The notes: generated by a model from the letters alone, not told the origin. Shown: positions 48,019 through 57,865, counted from the first letter of the stretch. The stretch is DNA of 64,000 nt from Nitrospinaceae bacterium (GCA_965237905.1 OZ250172.1:2656001-2720000); one strand, 5' to 3'. Program-made: numbers and translations.

Positions 48019-48954
48019 TTAAAAATATTGATGAAAACTGAAATACCGCTCCCCGGTATCCGGCAGAATAACAACCACGTTTTTCCCCGGGCCCAGATCT
48101 TGCGCGGCCTGATGGGCGGCACACACTGCCGCACCGGAGGAGATGCCCACCAGCAAGCCCTCTTCCTTGGCCAGCCGCTGGGAATATTGAAACGCGTCTT
48201 CGTCGGACACGGGACGTATTTCGTCCACTATCGACATGTTGAGCACCTTCGGTTGAAATCCGGCGCCGATGCCTTGTATTTTATGCGGTCCGGGCGCCAT
48301 CCCCGAAAGCACCGCAGAAGTCGCCGGCTCCACGCCGATGACTTTGGTGTGACCGAAATGTTCTTTTAAAACTTCGCCGGCGCCGGTAATCGTTCCGCCG
48401 GTGCCGATGCCTGCAACGAACGCGTCGACGGTATCGCCTTCCATCGCCGAGATGATCTCGGGTCCGGTTGTCTGCCGATGGATTTCCGGATTGGCCGGAT
48501 TGTTGAACTGTTGCGGCATATAGTAATCCGGATTCGCCGCGACCAATTCTTCCGCCCGCTCGATGGTGCCCTGCATGCCGAACTCGGCCCGACTGAGCTC
48601 GACGATGGCGCCGTAACTTTCCAGCAGTACGCGGCGCTCCATGCTCATGTTCTCGGACATCACCAGGATAACTTTGTATCCTTTAAACGCTCCCACCAGG
48701 GCGAGACCGATTCCGGTATTGCCGCTGGTCGGCTCGATAATAGTCGCGCCGGGTTTGAGCAGTCCCTTGCTTTCGGCATCCTCGATCATCGCCAAAGCGA
48801 TGCGGTCCTTGACACTGCCGCCGGGATTGATCGACTCCAACTTGGCGTAGATGTTTGCCCCGTTGGAGGGAACCACACGGTTCAGCTTGACCAGCGGAGT
48901 GCCGCCGATGAGCTCCAGACTGTTTTCTGATTTTAACCTGAATTTTTCCAGCAT
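48019..48954 (-). CDS. cysK: Cysteine synthase A
   Basis: NPGGSVKDR, EPTSGNTG, QQFNNPAN, HKIQGIG, PDTGERY. Confidence 0.9.
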   Translation of the reverse strand: MLEKFRLKSENSLELIGGTPLVKLNRVVPSNGANIYAKLESINPGGSVKDRIALAMIEDAESKGLLKPGATIIEPTSGNTGIGLALVGAFKGYKVILVMSENMSMERRVLLESYGAIVELSRAEFGMQGTIERAEELVAANPDYYMPQQFNNPANPEIHRQTTGPEIISAMEGDTVDAFVAGIGTGGTITGAGEVLKEHFGHTKVIGVEPATSAVLSGMAPGPHKIQGIGAGFQPKVLNMSIVDEIRPVSDEDAFQYSQRLAKEEGLLVGISSGAAVCAAHQAAQDLGPGKNVVVILPDTGERYFSFHQYF

Positions 48955-49372
48955 AAACCGGCTGAAAGACCTCAAAATTGAACGATTTAGGTAAACCCTG
49001 AATTATACGGGAACCCGGTACGAAGTCAATAATCTACCCGTTCTTAATCCATGGATTTCCCACCTTGCGGATGAAAAGGGGCAAGTTCGGGTTAATTATA
49101 TCACGCCCGCCGACTCTCACAATAGTCCTAAACCCCTTAATTTTAAAAAAGTTATGAGATTTTTGCGAGGGGAATAAATCCTTCTCCTTTTAAAGGAAGG
49201 GCCAGGGGTGGTTGATGATTCTCTCCCTTTTTCTGTAGTTGCCCGATTTATCGGACGGTTCTGAAATGCGCCCAAGGATTTTCTCTGTCCGTTACCGGTC
49301 AGCCAGTTCCCACTCCGGGCAGGAGTGTGATATGCTCTATTCTTCCTGAATATTGAAATTGGAGCTGAAGGT

Positions 49373-49735
49373 ATGAGTGCGCAAAGCCTGTTGATCGAGA
49401 TCAAAAAACAACTACCGCTGAGGGCCTACGGCAACGGGCCGGTGGTCGAGATGATGCGCGAGTTGAGCCTGCACGCCAACAGGAAGACCCAACTCATCGT
49501 TACCGATGTATTCCGCGATAGCGAATCAGGCGAACTGGTCTGCCAGGTCAAGGCGGAGGGTGCCGACAGTTTCAGTGCCGCGCTCACCAACCTCAAGCTC
49601 GATATCACCCATCCCCTTTACCGCAAAGTGAAAAACTACCGCGACGAAGTGGCCAACACTCTGGCCCAACCAGATGCCGCCCCCAACGTCAACTCCTCCT
49701 CCTTCCGCATGGGCAGTCTCTACGGCAAGCGCTGA
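49373..49735 (+). CDS. Hypothetical protein
   Basis: 120-aa ATG ORF with host-like codon usage. Confidence 0.6.
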   Translation: MSAQSLLIEIKKQLPLRAYGNGPVVEMMRELSLHANRKTQLIVTDVFRDSESGELVCQVKAEGADSFSAALTNLKLDITHPLYRKVKNYRDEVANTLAQPDAAPNVNSSSFRMGSLYGKR

Positions 49736-49962
49736 GCCAGCGCTCCCAGATTTAAAATCAATACAAATAAACACGAATAAAATTTGCTCCGGGCCTTGCC
49801 CGGCCTGCACCCTGCCGCCTACCGAATTCCCCTTGATAACTTATTGAAATTATAGGAAGTAGGTGCGTCGGCCAGCCGATCCTACAATTAGCATTACCCA
49901 TAGATGTGCGTTTGCCTTATCCTGAGAGTTAAGCCAAATCTGACTCAGCTAAGGAACAAACG

Positions 49963-50496
49963 ATGCACATTATTCTTGGTATTCTCGGTTCGATCATCAC
50001 GATTCTGTATTTAGTGAGCGAGATTTCTGAAAAAGGGAGTAAATTGGGGAAGTTTAATCCGTTCGCCTGGTACCGGCGCAGGAAATGGCAGAAGAAGTAT
50101 TATGCCGACCCCGCCTTTTCCCTGGACAGTCCGATGGAATCCGTCGCGGGTCTGATGTATGTCATGGCCAAGTGCTCCGGCGAGATCACCCGCGAGCAGA
50201 AGGAATGCATTCTTAATCTGTTTCAAATCGAATTCCGCCTCAGTGAGGACAAGGCCCGCGAGCTGTTGTCCTCCTCCAGCTTCCTGTTGAAGGACGAAGA
50301 CCAAATCATCGACCACCTGAAAGATTTTCTGAAACCCAGCCTCGCCAAATTCGATGCCGAAAAAAGAGCCTCCGCCCTCGATCTGCTCCAGAAAGTGGCC
50401 GACTGCGAAGGCAACCGCACCGGCAAGCAGGAAGAATTCATGAACCAACTCATGCCGTTCTTCCAGGAAACCGCCGCACCGGAAAGAAAATGGTAA
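49963..50496 (+). CDS. TerB-like (tellurite resistance family) membrane-anchored protein
   Basis: MAKCSGEIT.EQ..I, VADCEG; N-terminal TM segment. Confidence 0.7.
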   Translation: MHIILGILGSIITILYLVSEISEKGSKLGKFNPFAWYRRRKWQKKYYADPAFSLDSPMESVAGLMYVMAKCSGEITREQKECILNLFQIEFRLSEDKARELLSSSSFLLKDEDQIIDHLKDFLKPSLAKFDAEKRASALDLLQKVADCEGNRTGKQEEFMNQLMPFFQETAAPERKW

Positions 50497-50525
50497 GGGC
50501 ATTAATCTGCTACTGGAAAATTAAG

Positions 50526-51467
50526 ATGAAAAAACTCATTTACAGTTTGATAGCTTTTTTGCTAATTGTCGGGATTGGTGCCTGCGGTGTGTTTGATTTT
50601 GAGGATTCCGGTGACGATCATTTTTATTCATCCAACGAAGAATATATGCAGGCTCTGAAAAAAGAACTTGATGCGAAAGGTTTCAAGTACAGTGTTGATG
50701 ACAAGGGATTTATCCGATTCTCACCGGAAGATAAAGATTTATTTTATCAAATCGAAGAAAATGTAGAAAAGCCCCTCGTCTTTACTTTTACCTGGTCTGA
50801 CGTTCCTGGTAGAGAAATTGATAGGGGTCTCGGTTTTAGGACGGCTGACAAAAAATACATGCAGACTTTAAAAAAGGAGCTGGAATCGGAGGAAATAAGT
50901 TACCGGTTGGATAAGAACGGTTTTATTCGATACTCCCCTGAAGATAAAAGTCGGTTTGGCGACGTCCAAGCCCTCGTAACCGCCATGGTTTCAGGAAAGC
51001 GGGGTATGGGGCCTGCGGCTGGGGACATCGATCATGATTTTCTGAAGTCTTTAAAGGAGGAATTAGATTCGGCGGGCGTGGGTTATTCCGTTGATGATGA
51101 GGCTGCGGTGAGATTCATGAGTGGCGACAAACAGGTATTCAAAAATATTTTGCTCAAGCTCCATAAAATGCACCACCTGGGAGATGCCGCAAGAATTTTA
51201 AATGAGGAAAAAAGGGAGCGTTTGATTCATCTGCTTGAAGAGAAGAAAGTCGATCATCTCATCTTGACAAACAGTCACGGCATTTGGGTCAGGTGGTACC
51301 CGGAAAATAAAGCGCAACGAGATGAAATATGGAGTGTGGTTAATTCTCTTGGGTGTGGTGGACCTTGGATTGATAAAAGGGAAAGCAAGGGAGTGCCTCC
51401 CTTGAAGGAGACTTCCCAGACGGTTTTGGTTCAGCAAATGTGTTCCACTTTGCCCGAAAGGAAGTAG
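50526..51467 (+). CDS. Hypothetical lipoprotein with four internal repeats
   Basis: IGAC lipobox; repeats of type YM..LKKEL....Y..D..GFIR.SPEDK. Confidence 0.7.
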   Translation: MKKLIYSLIAFLLIVGIGACGVFDFEDSGDDHFYSSNEEYMQALKKELDAKGFKYSVDDKGFIRFSPEDKDLFYQIEENVEKPLVFTFTWSDVPGREIDRGLGFRTADKKYMQTLKKELESEEISYRLDKNGFIRYSPEDKSRFGDVQALVTAMVSGKRGMGPAAGDIDHDFLKSLKEELDSAGVGYSVDDEAAVRFMSGDKQVFKNILLKLHKMHHLGDAARILNEEKRERLIHLLEEKKVDHLILTNSHGIWVRWYPENKAQRDEIWSVVNSLGCGGPWIDKRESKGVPPLKETSQTVLVQQMCSTLPERK

Positions 51468-51679
51468 TTTTAAAATATTGGCCGCGCGCCCAGCGCTCCC
51501 ACCTGCCCACGGACAAAAATCAGTCTCAAGAGAAGGGAACGATCTTGGTTTTGCCTCTCCCGAATCAAAGCTATTGAAAAAAGCCGTCTTAGGCACGGCG
51601 TTGTCGGGTAGCCCGGGAAAGCCCGTCCTTAAGCCTTCTGCCGGGGGTCAGGAAATTTGCATACCCCTTGCGAATTGAA

Positions 51680-51707
51680 TTGACTCCTAAATTTTCCCTC
51701 CTATAAT
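51680..51707 (+). promoter_or_regulatory. Sigma70-type promoter
   Basis: TTGACT-16 bp-TATAAT. Confidence 0.6.
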
Positions 51708-51841
51708 CCATCTCAAGTAACGGCCCGCAAGGGGGAGTCCCCCTGACCGAAGGCTTCCAGCGGATCATCGCAAAAGGACCCCAGGCAAGCGGCACGCCTT
51801 ACGGCTGTTCAACAAAAACCATTTTTCATAGTGAGGTGGGT

Positions 51842-52087
51842 ATGAAAAGAATCATGGCTGTAGTGGTTGCATTGATGTTCGTTTCTACGATGACGTTTAC
51901 CGGTATGGCTTTCGCCGGTGGTCCCAAGGAAAAAGGCAAAGCTCCGATGTCGGACAAAGCCAAGGACGGGAAAAAAGTTTCAGCAGATGCCAAGGCCAAA
52001 GGTAAAAGCGCCGAAGCGAAGATGGGCAAGATGGATAAGAAAGACAAGATGGATAAGATGGATAAGAAAGAAAAGAAATCTAAATAG
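51842..52087 (+). CDS. Small secreted Lys/Met/Asp-rich protein (MXKDX-repeat-like)
   Basis: Signal peptide ending AFA; KMDKKDKMDKMDKK tail; GAGGTG RBS. Confidence 0.8.
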   Translation: MKRIMAVVVALMFVSTMTFTGMAFAGGPKEKGKAPMSDKAKDGKKVSADAKAKGKSAEAKMGKMDKKDKMDKMDKKEKKSK

Positions 52088-52134
52088 AGTTGTAGCCCGG
52101 TTCGCCAGCGGGCTCAAGCCGGACCTCTTATTGG

Positions 52135-52173
52135 AATCCCATGCAGGCCATTCAGTCTGCATGGGATTTTTTT
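52135..52173 (+). terminator. Intrinsic terminator
   Basis: AATCCCATGCAG/CTGCATGGGATT stem followed by a T-run. Confidence 0.8.
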
Positions 52174-52191
52174 GGTAGAGTGGTGAGATTT

Positions 52192-52694
52192 TATCCCCCC
52201 TTCTCCGAAGGGGGTTAGGGGGCTTCTTCCTTAATCTCATTTAATAAGCTTTCCAGGCTTTCCATGATCCCGTCGATATTGTGCAAAACTTCCGGATTAG
52301 TGAACCGTATGACCCGCAAGCCTTTCGACTCCAAAAAGGCGGTCCGTTTCTGGTCTTTGATCTGTGTTTCTTTTTGACCGTGGGTATCGCCGTCGATCTC
52401 GATGACCAAGCCGTATTCATGGCAATAAAAATCTACAATATACTCTCCTACGGGTTTCTGTCTGTTGAATCGGATTTCTTTATAAAATGACATTTCCCGC
52501 AGGGTGTTCCAGAACTGCTTTTCGGGAGGAGTGAGTTGATTGCGTAATTCCCTGGCTTTTGGAAGAAGAGATTTGCTATAGGCGATATGGGGTCGCAGGT
52601 TTTTTCTGGGCATCGTGTAAAAGCCTCCAAAACCAGATTATCAAAAAAGCAAGCGGAATAAGCCCCCCGGCCCCCTTCGAAGAAGGGGGAGTAA
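52192..52694. repeat. Inverted pair of REP-like hairpins flanking DUF559
   Basis: 52192-52225 is the approximate reverse complement of 52660-52694 (AAGCCCCC..CCCCCTTCG.AGAAGGGGG). Confidence 0.75.
52215..52613 (-). CDS. DUF559 (Vsr-like) endonuclease
   Basis: ARELR..T.PE..W..L, F.RQ.P.G.YIVDFYC, IEIDG..H, D..R..FL...G..V.RF.N. Confidence 0.9.
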   Translation of the reverse strand: MPRKNLRPHIAYSKSLLPKARELRNQLTPPEKQFWNTLREMSFYKEIRFNRQKPVGEYIVDFYCHEYGLVIEIDGDTHGQKETQIKDQKRTAFLESKGLRVIRFTNPEVLHNIDGIMESLESLLNEIKEEAP

Positions 52695-52742
52695 AACAAA
52701 ACCGCAAAAAGAAGAAGTCCTAGCCCTCTTTACAAGGGGGAG

Positions 52743-54092
52743 CTACGCGTCCAGCTTTTCTGAGTTGATGAATTTTTTGAGGAAGGGGAACATGGCGCCG
52801 CGTTTGGTGATCATTTCCTCGCGTGATTTTTGCACGACCTGTTCATCGATGAGGGCGACGCCGCGTTCGGTGGCGAATTTCTCGATGCCCTGCACCACCA
52901 TGCCGCGCGCGAATGAGGGGATGCGGTCCAGCCGCGATTTCGCTTCGTCCGTCCATTTCTGACGGTACTCGACTTCCAATCCCAGCGTGTCTTCGATTTT
53001 GAGTTCGATGGCCTTGCCGCCGTGCTTGCCGGGTTCGTAGTCGCACGAGTTGTCCTCGGCCATGTAGTTGCCGGTTTCGGCGAAGGCGCGCGCCCGGCAC
53101 CCGGAACACATCGCGGAAAACTCGCAGGTTCCGCATTTGCCTTCCAGCTGTTTGCGGTCGCGCAGTTGTACCATCAACGGTGCAGTTTCCCATAGATTCT
53201 TGAAGGTATCGGTTTTGAGGTTGCCCACCGACTCCTCGATGAACGGGCAGGGGGTGAGGTTGCCCTCGGGACTGATGCGTGAATAATGCGTGCCCGCCGG
53301 ACAGCCGCCGGAGTAGGTGCGCTGGTAAACGGATTCGGGATCGTTCTCGTACACCACGCGTTTGTACTGCGGGGCGCACTTGGAATTGATCATCAGTTTG
53401 CCTTTGTACTTCATCTGCTGTTCGTACAGGATTTTCAGGGCTTCTTCGTAGTCGGCGTTGGAGATGTCGGTATTGCCCTGGCCGCGTCCGGTGCACACCA
53501 GGAAGTACAGGTTGAACGCCACCGCGCCGATTTTTTCGGCGAAGGCGATCACGTCGGGAATTTCTTTGTAGTTCATGCCGGATACCGACATCTGGATGAG
53601 GAAATCGACGCCCACTTCGTTGAGGATGTCGAACGCATCCATCGACTTCTGCCAGGCCTGGTCGACGCCGCGGAACTTGTCGTGCTTTTCGGCGATCATC
53701 GAGTCGATGCTGATGCCCACGCCGTGCGCGCCCGCTTCTTTAATTTTATGTGCGTTTTCACGATTGATGATGGTGCCATTGGTGCCGAGTACCACCATGA
53801 ACTTCCGGTCGGCGGCGTATTTGACGATATCGTAGATATCGGGACGCAGAAGCGGTTCGCCACCGGTAAGGATCAGAAACGCGTTGGGGTTGACCTCGGC
53901 GATCTGGTCGACGACGTTGAAGCATTCTTGGGTATTGAGTTCGTCGGTACGAAAACCGCCGCGGAAGTCCGCATCCAGATAGCAATGGTCGCAGTTCAGG
54001 TTGCACCGCTTGGTGAGGTTCCACGAAATGGAGTAGGCGCGGAACGGGTTTTTCTGATCTGTTGGCGGTGCTTCGGTCGCTGTCGGTTCCAT
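52743..54092 (-). CDS. Radical SAM/SPASM protein (NirJ/Ahb-like) with C-terminal PCP_red-like domain
   Basis: CNLNCDHC, TGGEPL, SPASM CPAG..PC..CGTC..C.GC; tail WTDEA..RL.RIP.FAR. Confidence 0.8.
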   Translation of the reverse strand: MEPTATEAPPTDQKNPFRAYSISWNLTKRCNLNCDHCYLDADFRGGFRTDELNTQECFNVVDQIAEVNPNAFLILTGGEPLLRPDIYDIVKYAADRKFMVVLGTNGTIINRENAHKIKEAGAHGVGISIDSMIAEKHDKFRGVDQAWQKSMDAFDILNEVGVDFLIQMSVSGMNYKEIPDVIAFAEKIGAVAFNLYFLVCTGRGQGNTDISNADYEEALKILYEQQMKYKGKLMINSKCAPQYKRVVYENDPESVYQRTYSGGCPAGTHYSRISPEGNLTPCPFIEESVGNLKTDTFKNLWETAPLMVQLRDRKQLEGKCGTCEFSAMCSGCRARAFAETGNYMAEDNSCDYEPGKHGGKAIELKIEDTLGLEVEYRQKWTDEAKSRLDRIPSFARGMVVQGIEKFATERGVALIDEQVVQKSREEMITKRGAMFPFLKKFINSEKLDA

Positions 54093-54178
54093 GATATAGT
54101 GCCCCGGTTGCAGGCGAAATCCTTGTCTTATAATCGGTTCGCGTTAATTGACAGAGAATCTTATCATATTTTTGGAGT

Positions 54179-54997
54179 GTGGAAGTGGATTTGACGGATC
54201 TTATCAGAAAAAAGTGGATCCTTTTCATCCTTTTGATTTTCATGGTGTTGGGGGCGGGGTGTTCTCACGGCAGTGGGGAGGATTCTTATCTGGAAGATTT
54301 TCCCTTCTCACGGGAGGGACGGGTCCATCCCCAAGTCTTGGAGCATCTGCGCTCGGAATGGATTGCCAGCGCTTATTTCGATCGGGGCATGCACTATGAC
54401 GGATCGCAATTTCGTGCGGTGACGTTGACGGAACTGGTGCGGAGATTCCATCCCGAGGAGCGTTGGGACGCGGTGCTTCTAAATTGCCACGACGACTATC
54501 AGGGCATCATTTCTATCGATGACATTTTGAGTTACGATCTTCGGCTGGCGCTGGAAATGAAGTTGGCGCCGAACGTGAAACGACCCGATTGGCTGAATCC
54601 GATGGTGGTGGTCGTCCCCGACTCTAACGAGGCGCCGCATCAGGAGCGATTCATGACGGCGAATATTCGAGAGCTGAGGTTCGTGCGGCTGTCGGAGTAT
54701 TACGCGCCGCTGGACGTGGTGGTATTGAAATCGATGCACGCGCATCGGGGCGGGCAGGTTTTCAAGGACAACTGCCTGTTCTGTCATTCGCTGAAAGGCA
54801 TCGGGGGCAACAAGGGAACGGATTTGCTGAAAGCTTATGATTTCGCCAAAGGGGCGGACGGTCCCAAATTCAAAAAAGATTTCACGGCCTTTCACCACAA
54901 AGACAACGCGGACAAGCAGGATATGGAGCAGTTTGTAGACACCGACACCCTGCGCAGGATTGTGGTGTTCCTGCGGGAGATGCAGGGTTCTTCATAA
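54179..54997 (+). CDS. Lipoprotein with C-terminal c-type cytochrome
   Basis: LGAGC lipobox; CLFCH heme motif. Confidence 0.7.
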   Translation: MEVDLTDLIRKKWILFILLIFMVLGAGCSHGSGEDSYLEDFPFSREGRVHPQVLEHLRSEWIASAYFDRGMHYDGSQFRAVTLTELVRRFHPEERWDAVLLNCHDDYQGIISIDDILSYDLRLALEMKLAPNVKRPDWLNPMVVVVPDSNEAPHQERFMTANIRELRFVRLSEYYAPLDVVVLKSMHAHRGGQVFKDNCLFCHSLKGIGGNKGTDLLKAYDFAKGADGPKFKKDFTAFHHKDNADKQDMEQFVDTDTLRRIVVFLREMQGSS

Positions 54998-55103
54998 ACA
55001 ATCCCAGGCCGTAAGACGAAGGCTCCCCGACGTTTGTTGAGTTTGGGGGTGAACGCGGTTAATCTGGTGAAAGGGGTATCGTCAACTCAAGAGGAATGTC
55101 TCC

Positions 55104-56528
55104 TTGCTGACCAATAAAACCGAAAGTGCCGGTTCACCGGTCCCGCCGGACACGCTAAAATCCCGCAAGTATTTTTGGATATTCCTCGGTGTCGTCCTGG
55201 TCTCCCGGTTGATGATCTGGGCGGTGATTCAGGAGCATCCGCGAAGTTTTCTGGAAAGCGACAGTCCGTCTTACATCGATCCGGCTGAGGCCTTAATCGC
55301 GGATGGACGCTATCACACGAAACCAGGAAACGATACTCCGGAAACTCTGCGTCCACCCGGATATCCGGTATGGTTGGCTTTGATTTTTCTGTTGTTCGGG
55401 AAAAGCGCGCAGGCAGTGGTGTTTTCCCAGGTCTTTTTATTTCTGGGGACGCTGATTCTGACCTATGCCCTGACTGAAAAAATGTTCGGTCCGCGTGCGG
55501 CCTGGGTTGCGGTGATTCTGCTGTCTCTGGATCCCTCCAGTTTGTCCTACACGTTTAAAATCTTGTCCGAAACATTAACGGCATTTTTGACGCTGGCGTT
55601 CGCTTATTGTATCTTTGGTTTTTACCGCTCCCGGGGAAAGTTTCATTTCGGGTTGGGCGCGGGGTTGAGTCTGGCACTAGTCACCCTGGTGCGCCCCACG
55701 ACCTATTATTTTCTGCCCGTCCTACTTTTTGCTTTTATGATTTTTCTGATCCGTGAAAAATTTAAATGGAAAACCATTCTGTCCGGTCTGTTGATCACCC
55801 TGCTCCCGTTTCTCATTTTGGTGGGCGGTTGGCAATGGCGCAATCTGGAGACAGCGGGGTTGTTCCGGTTGACCTCGGTTCAGGGATGGGCTCTCTATCT
55901 GGGAAAGGGCGCCCAGATTTATTCGGAGAAACATCAGGTTCCCCTGAAGGAAGCACAGTCCATCCTGCGTCAAGAGTTGGATCAAACCCATCCTCATTGG
56001 AATCGCATTCCTATGGAGCAGTTGGATGATATTTATCTGGCGGAAGGCTGGAAACTCGTGCGGGAGAACCCCGGTCTGGCTGTCAAAACGCACATTTTAC
56101 ATATGTCTTATTTTTTCTTTGCTCCGGGAACCACTTCGGCTTTCTTCCGCATCTTTGATCCGGACTTTAAAATGATTCGATTCAACTGGTTTCAAAAAGG
56201 AGAGTATTTTCAGGATGTTTTTAATAATCACAAGCGGTTCCTTGGGTGGATGCTGATCGGGGCGGTCTATTTGGCAACCCTGTATGTCTGGTTGGCGGCT
56301 TGGGTAGCCCAGAGTTGGCAGAGCAGGAAGGAACTGAGGTGGCAGGGAGCGCATGTCCTGATCCTCCTGTTGGTTCTGTATATTGCTGCGGTCAGCGGAA
56401 TCAACTATGGTCAGGACCGTTACCGGATTGTGGTGATGCCCTTGCTGTGTATGTACGCCGGCGCCGGGTATCCGGGATTCCTGAATTATTTGAAAACCTT
56501 GCCGTGGTGGGCGAAAAAGGCCGAATAG
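55104..56528 (+). CDS. ArnT/PMT-like (GT-C) membrane glycosyltransferase
   Basis: DSPSY, RPPGYP, ILSETL, LVRP, many TM segments, late RY..P motif. Confidence 0.8.
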   Translation: MLTNKTESAGSPVPPDTLKSRKYFWIFLGVVLVSRLMIWAVIQEHPRSFLESDSPSYIDPAEALIADGRYHTKPGNDTPETLRPPGYPVWLALIFLLFGKSAQAVVFSQVFLFLGTLILTYALTEKMFGPRAAWVAVILLSLDPSSLSYTFKILSETLTAFLTLAFAYCIFGFYRSRGKFHFGLGAGLSLALVTLVRPTTYYFLPVLLFAFMIFLIREKFKWKTILSGLLITLLPFLILVGGWQWRNLETAGLFRLTSVQGWALYLGKGAQIYSEKHQVPLKEAQSILRQELDQTHPHWNRIPMEQLDDIYLAEGWKLVRENPGLAVKTHILHMSYFFFAPGTTSAFFRIFDPDFKMIRFNWFQKGEYFQDVFNNHKRFLGWMLIGAVYLATLYVWLAAWVAQSWQSRKELRWQGAHVLILLLVLYIAAVSGINYGQDRYRIVVMPLLCMYAGAGYPGFLNYLKTLPWWAKKAE

Positions 56529-56676
56529 GGGCCGGTTATCGGGATTTTTGACCGCCGCAAAATGAGCTGGAGGGATGTCTTGAGGTTTGGCCATCCCTAT
56601 AATAGAATACCCACATCCGGAATGAACCGGCGAATGTTGGTTGTTGAAGGTCACCTCTTTATAGTGAAGCCATAAA

Positions 56677-57069
56677 ATGATCGTTGCCTATATTATTTTG
56701 ACTGTCGGTACCGCAGTAGAAATCCTCTCTTTGACCTGGCTGGGCACGCAGATCAGTGTCCTCAATACCATTTCGCTGACCATGTTCACGCTCCTGCTGG
56801 GAGTGATCAACGGCCGCAGTTACGGGGAGGAATGGTACGAAAAAATGCAGTGGCATTTGAAGTCGGGCACACTGCCGAGCGACGATGTGGTCAACGGCGC
56901 CGTCATGAACGTGGGCAGTAAACTGCTCTTGACGCCGGGACTGGTGACCGACGTGATCGGATTTTTGATCATACTTCCCCAAACGCGTTTCATCGCCAAA
57001 AATATCGCGTTGAGTTTATTCAAAAAGAAATTGAGCCGCCGGGAGCAATGGTTTTTCTTCCAGAATTAA
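56677..57069 (+). CDS. fxsA: FxsA family membrane protein
   Basis: LLLTPGLVTDVIGFL.ILP.TR. Confidence 0.8.
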   Translation: MIVAYIILTVGTAVEILSLTWLGTQISVLNTISLTMFTLLLGVINGRSYGEEWYEKMQWHLKSGTLPSDDVVNGAVMNVGSKLLLTPGLVTDVIGFLIILPQTRFIAKNIALSLFKKKLSRREQWFFFQN

Positions 57070-57111
57070 GGTCGCACCTTGCGAACTCCAGCCTAAGGGG
57101 TTTGATCCACC

Positions 57112-57825
57112 ATGATTTTTCCCGTCACTCCGCGCAACCTGCGTCCCGAATTACTTGATCTGGATGAGGCTCCCTTCGAAGAAGTCAGGGATAGCCTGCA
57201 GGATGTTCAATGGGTCAACCGCTACCTGAGCGGATACCGGGTGCTTCTGCACCATATAGGCCGGTTTTTCGACCGGCATAACTCATCGCAACCTCTGCAC
57301 ATTTTGGATGCCGCCACCGGTTCCGCCGATCAACCGATGGAAGTGGTGCGTTACGCACGGCGGCGGGGAATCCCGGTGCGGGTGACGGCCATCGACATCA
57401 ACCGCAAGATGATCCGCTTCGCGCAGGAGGAGGCCCGGGAATTTCCGGAAATCCGATTCGTGCAATGTGATGTTTTAGAGATGCCGTTCCGCGAGGACGG
57501 TTTTGACGTGGTGATCAATTCGCTTGCCCTACATCATTTTTCAAAAGAACACGCGGTGACTATGCTGAAAAGTTTTTCCAGATTGGCGAGGCGGGGGGTG
57601 ATCGTGAACGATCTGCACCGGAGCCGGGTGGCCTATACTGCGATTTATATTTTGACGCGGTTGTTGACGCAAAATCGCCTGACCCGCTACGATGCGCCGG
57701 TTTCGGTGATGAATGCCTTCACCCCGGAGGAGATGCAAGCTATGGCGCAAGAAGCGGGTTGGCAACAGTTTGAAGTGCATCGCCACTTTCCCTATCGGAT
57801 TGCATTGGTTGAGAATAAGCTATGA
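57112..57825 (+). CDS. SAM-dependent methyltransferase
   Basis: ILDAATGSAD, IDIN, SLALHHF, NDLHRS, DAPVSV..AF. Confidence 0.85.
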   Translation: MIFPVTPRNLRPELLDLDEAPFEEVRDSLQDVQWVNRYLSGYRVLLHHIGRFFDRHNSSQPLHILDAATGSADQPMEVVRYARRRGIPVRVTAIDINRKMIRFAQEEAREFPEIRFVQCDVLEMPFREDGFDVVINSLALHHFSKEHAVTMLKSFSRLARRGVIVNDLHRSRVAYTAIYILTRLLTQNRLTRYDAPVSVMNAFTPEEMQAMAQEAGWQQFEVHRHFPYRIALVENKL

Positions 57826-57865
57826 ATCGGGTTTGCAACAAAACGGCTGGAATGGGAAAAAGAGT

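Noticed and set aside
51590..51630. ykkC/guanidine-I riboswitch-like 3' motif (CACGGCG..AGCCCGGGA)
   Set aside because: The 5' conserved CTAGGGTTCCG part is missing and it lies upstream of the promoter.
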